Shown here piece by piece: positions 63,200-64,000 of a stretch of DNA of 64,000 nucleotides. The position numbers and the translations under genes are program-made. The stretch spans positions 320,001 to 384,000 of the forward strand of contig CAVSCK010000003.1 in NCBI GenBank assembly GCA_963726455.1. Reading direction: 5' to 3'. Source of the DNA: an uncultured bacterium. Its GTDB lineage: Bacteria > Zixibacteria > MSB-5A5 > CAIYYT01. Position 1 is the stretch's first letter, and each line of letters starts with the position of its first letter. The notes beneath the pieces were generated by a model, which saw only the letters and a list, made by a program, of their open reading frames with translations, searched no databases and was not told the DNA's origin.

Positions 63200-64000
63200 T
63201 CACATGGTTATCCGCACCCGAAACTTCAACACCGCTTCGCCATCTTTGGCAACCGGCACAGTGAACTCCATTTGCCGGGCGCTCTTCTTTACCCAATTGA
63301 AATTGCTTTCCAACACATCCCAGTCGCCCCACAGATTATACAAAGCACTGACCGTGACGTCCTCTTTTTTGTGGTTGCGGAGCTTGACCTGCATGGTCAG
63401 TTCCTGGACGCGGTCGGAGATGCGCTTGGTGTCGAGAGTCGTGGTTTCGCCGACGACATCGAAAGCGTTGCCAACTTTGATCTCGACTTCTTCATCTTTC
63501 GGCGTGTGATCGATTTGGTCCTCGCCGAGGAATTCCTCTGAGCCATCAGTGTCCGCCTTGGTCAGCCGAATCTTGCCGGCAGGCAGAGGCATGCCGAGAT
63601 CGTTGGCCTCCGAGTTCTTGAAGCTGACGGCAACGTTGACGTCCTTGTTGCCGTCGGCAATGGTATAGCGGTAGAGTTTTTTGATCGGGGTCGTAGCCGG
63701 TTCGAACAAGCTGACCTGTTTGGTTTCGTTGTCGGCGATAGTGGTCGGACGACCGAGCGTGTACATGTGATATTCGAAAAAGGTTTTCTCTTCAAAGCCG
63801 CGTGCTGCCGTTGCCATATCCATTTGCGCGCCTTTGGCGTACATAACCGGCGGCTGCGGTTGGACGCGGTTTATGTCGCCGGCGACCAGTTTGAGTTTGG
63901 CGTCGCGGTAAGTTTTGCCCGACTTGTTGTCCAGCGAGACCCAGCCCGAAAGTTGCAGTTTGGTGTCGTTGGCATCGAGCAGCGCGATGTATTCAGCATG
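63200..64000 (-). CDS. DUF4139-family protein (5' end outside window)
   Basis: SGWVSLDNKSG, KLVAGD, FFEYHMY, LGMPLPAG, FLGEDQIDHTPKDE. Confidence 0.8.
   Translation of the reverse strand, partial: HAEYIALLDANDTKLQLSGWVSLDNKSGKTYRDAKLKLVAGDINRVQPQPPVMYAKGAQMDMATAARGFEEKTFFEYHMYTLGRPTTIADNETKQVSLFEPATTPIKKLYRYTIADGNKDVNVAVSFKNSEANDLGMPLPAGKIRLTKADTDGSEEFLGEDQIDHTPKDEEVEIKVGNAFDVVGETTTLDTKRISDRVQELTMQVKLRNHKKEDVTVSALYNLWGDWDVLESNFNWVKKSARQMEFTVPVAKDGEAVLKFRVRITM

Overview
A GC-rich chromosomal window from a diderm bacterium. T9SS-like 'NYPNPFN' C-terminal domains, a GWxTD-like lipoprotein, an alpha2-type GlyRS and a CxxxY CcmE suggest an FCB-related lineage such as Zixibacteria or KSB1; this taxonomy is inference only. 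Most of the window is housekeeping: ccmABCDEF, two lepB, mprF-acvB, tpl, glyQS-recO-ftsB-eno, a dcw cluster from mraZ to ftsZ, lnt, gpmI, purM and priA. At least ten genes, including ftsI, carry indel frameshifts that look like assembly errors. The best candidate for an undescribed system is a lower-GC operon at 17015-19437. It encodes four tightly coupled 45-85 aa HTH micro-proteins (one is missed by the ORF track), then a TIGR02391/Ymh-type protein with a HEPN RxxxxH motif, then a wHTH + PD-(D/E)XK-like nuclease; I read it as a putative anti-phage or toxin module. Other leads are a radical SAM/SPASM enzyme coupled to a leader-bearing lipoprotein, a PorZ-like/GNAT/glycosyltransferase operon converging on a C25 peptidase (resembling T9SS cargo anchoring), a BlaI/M56-TonB pair with twin operators bracketed by ~120-bp composite REP arrays, and about eight REP-like hairpin families, including two REP doublets with identical 34-bp spacing. 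I found no rRNA, tRNA, CRISPR array, integrase or transposase.
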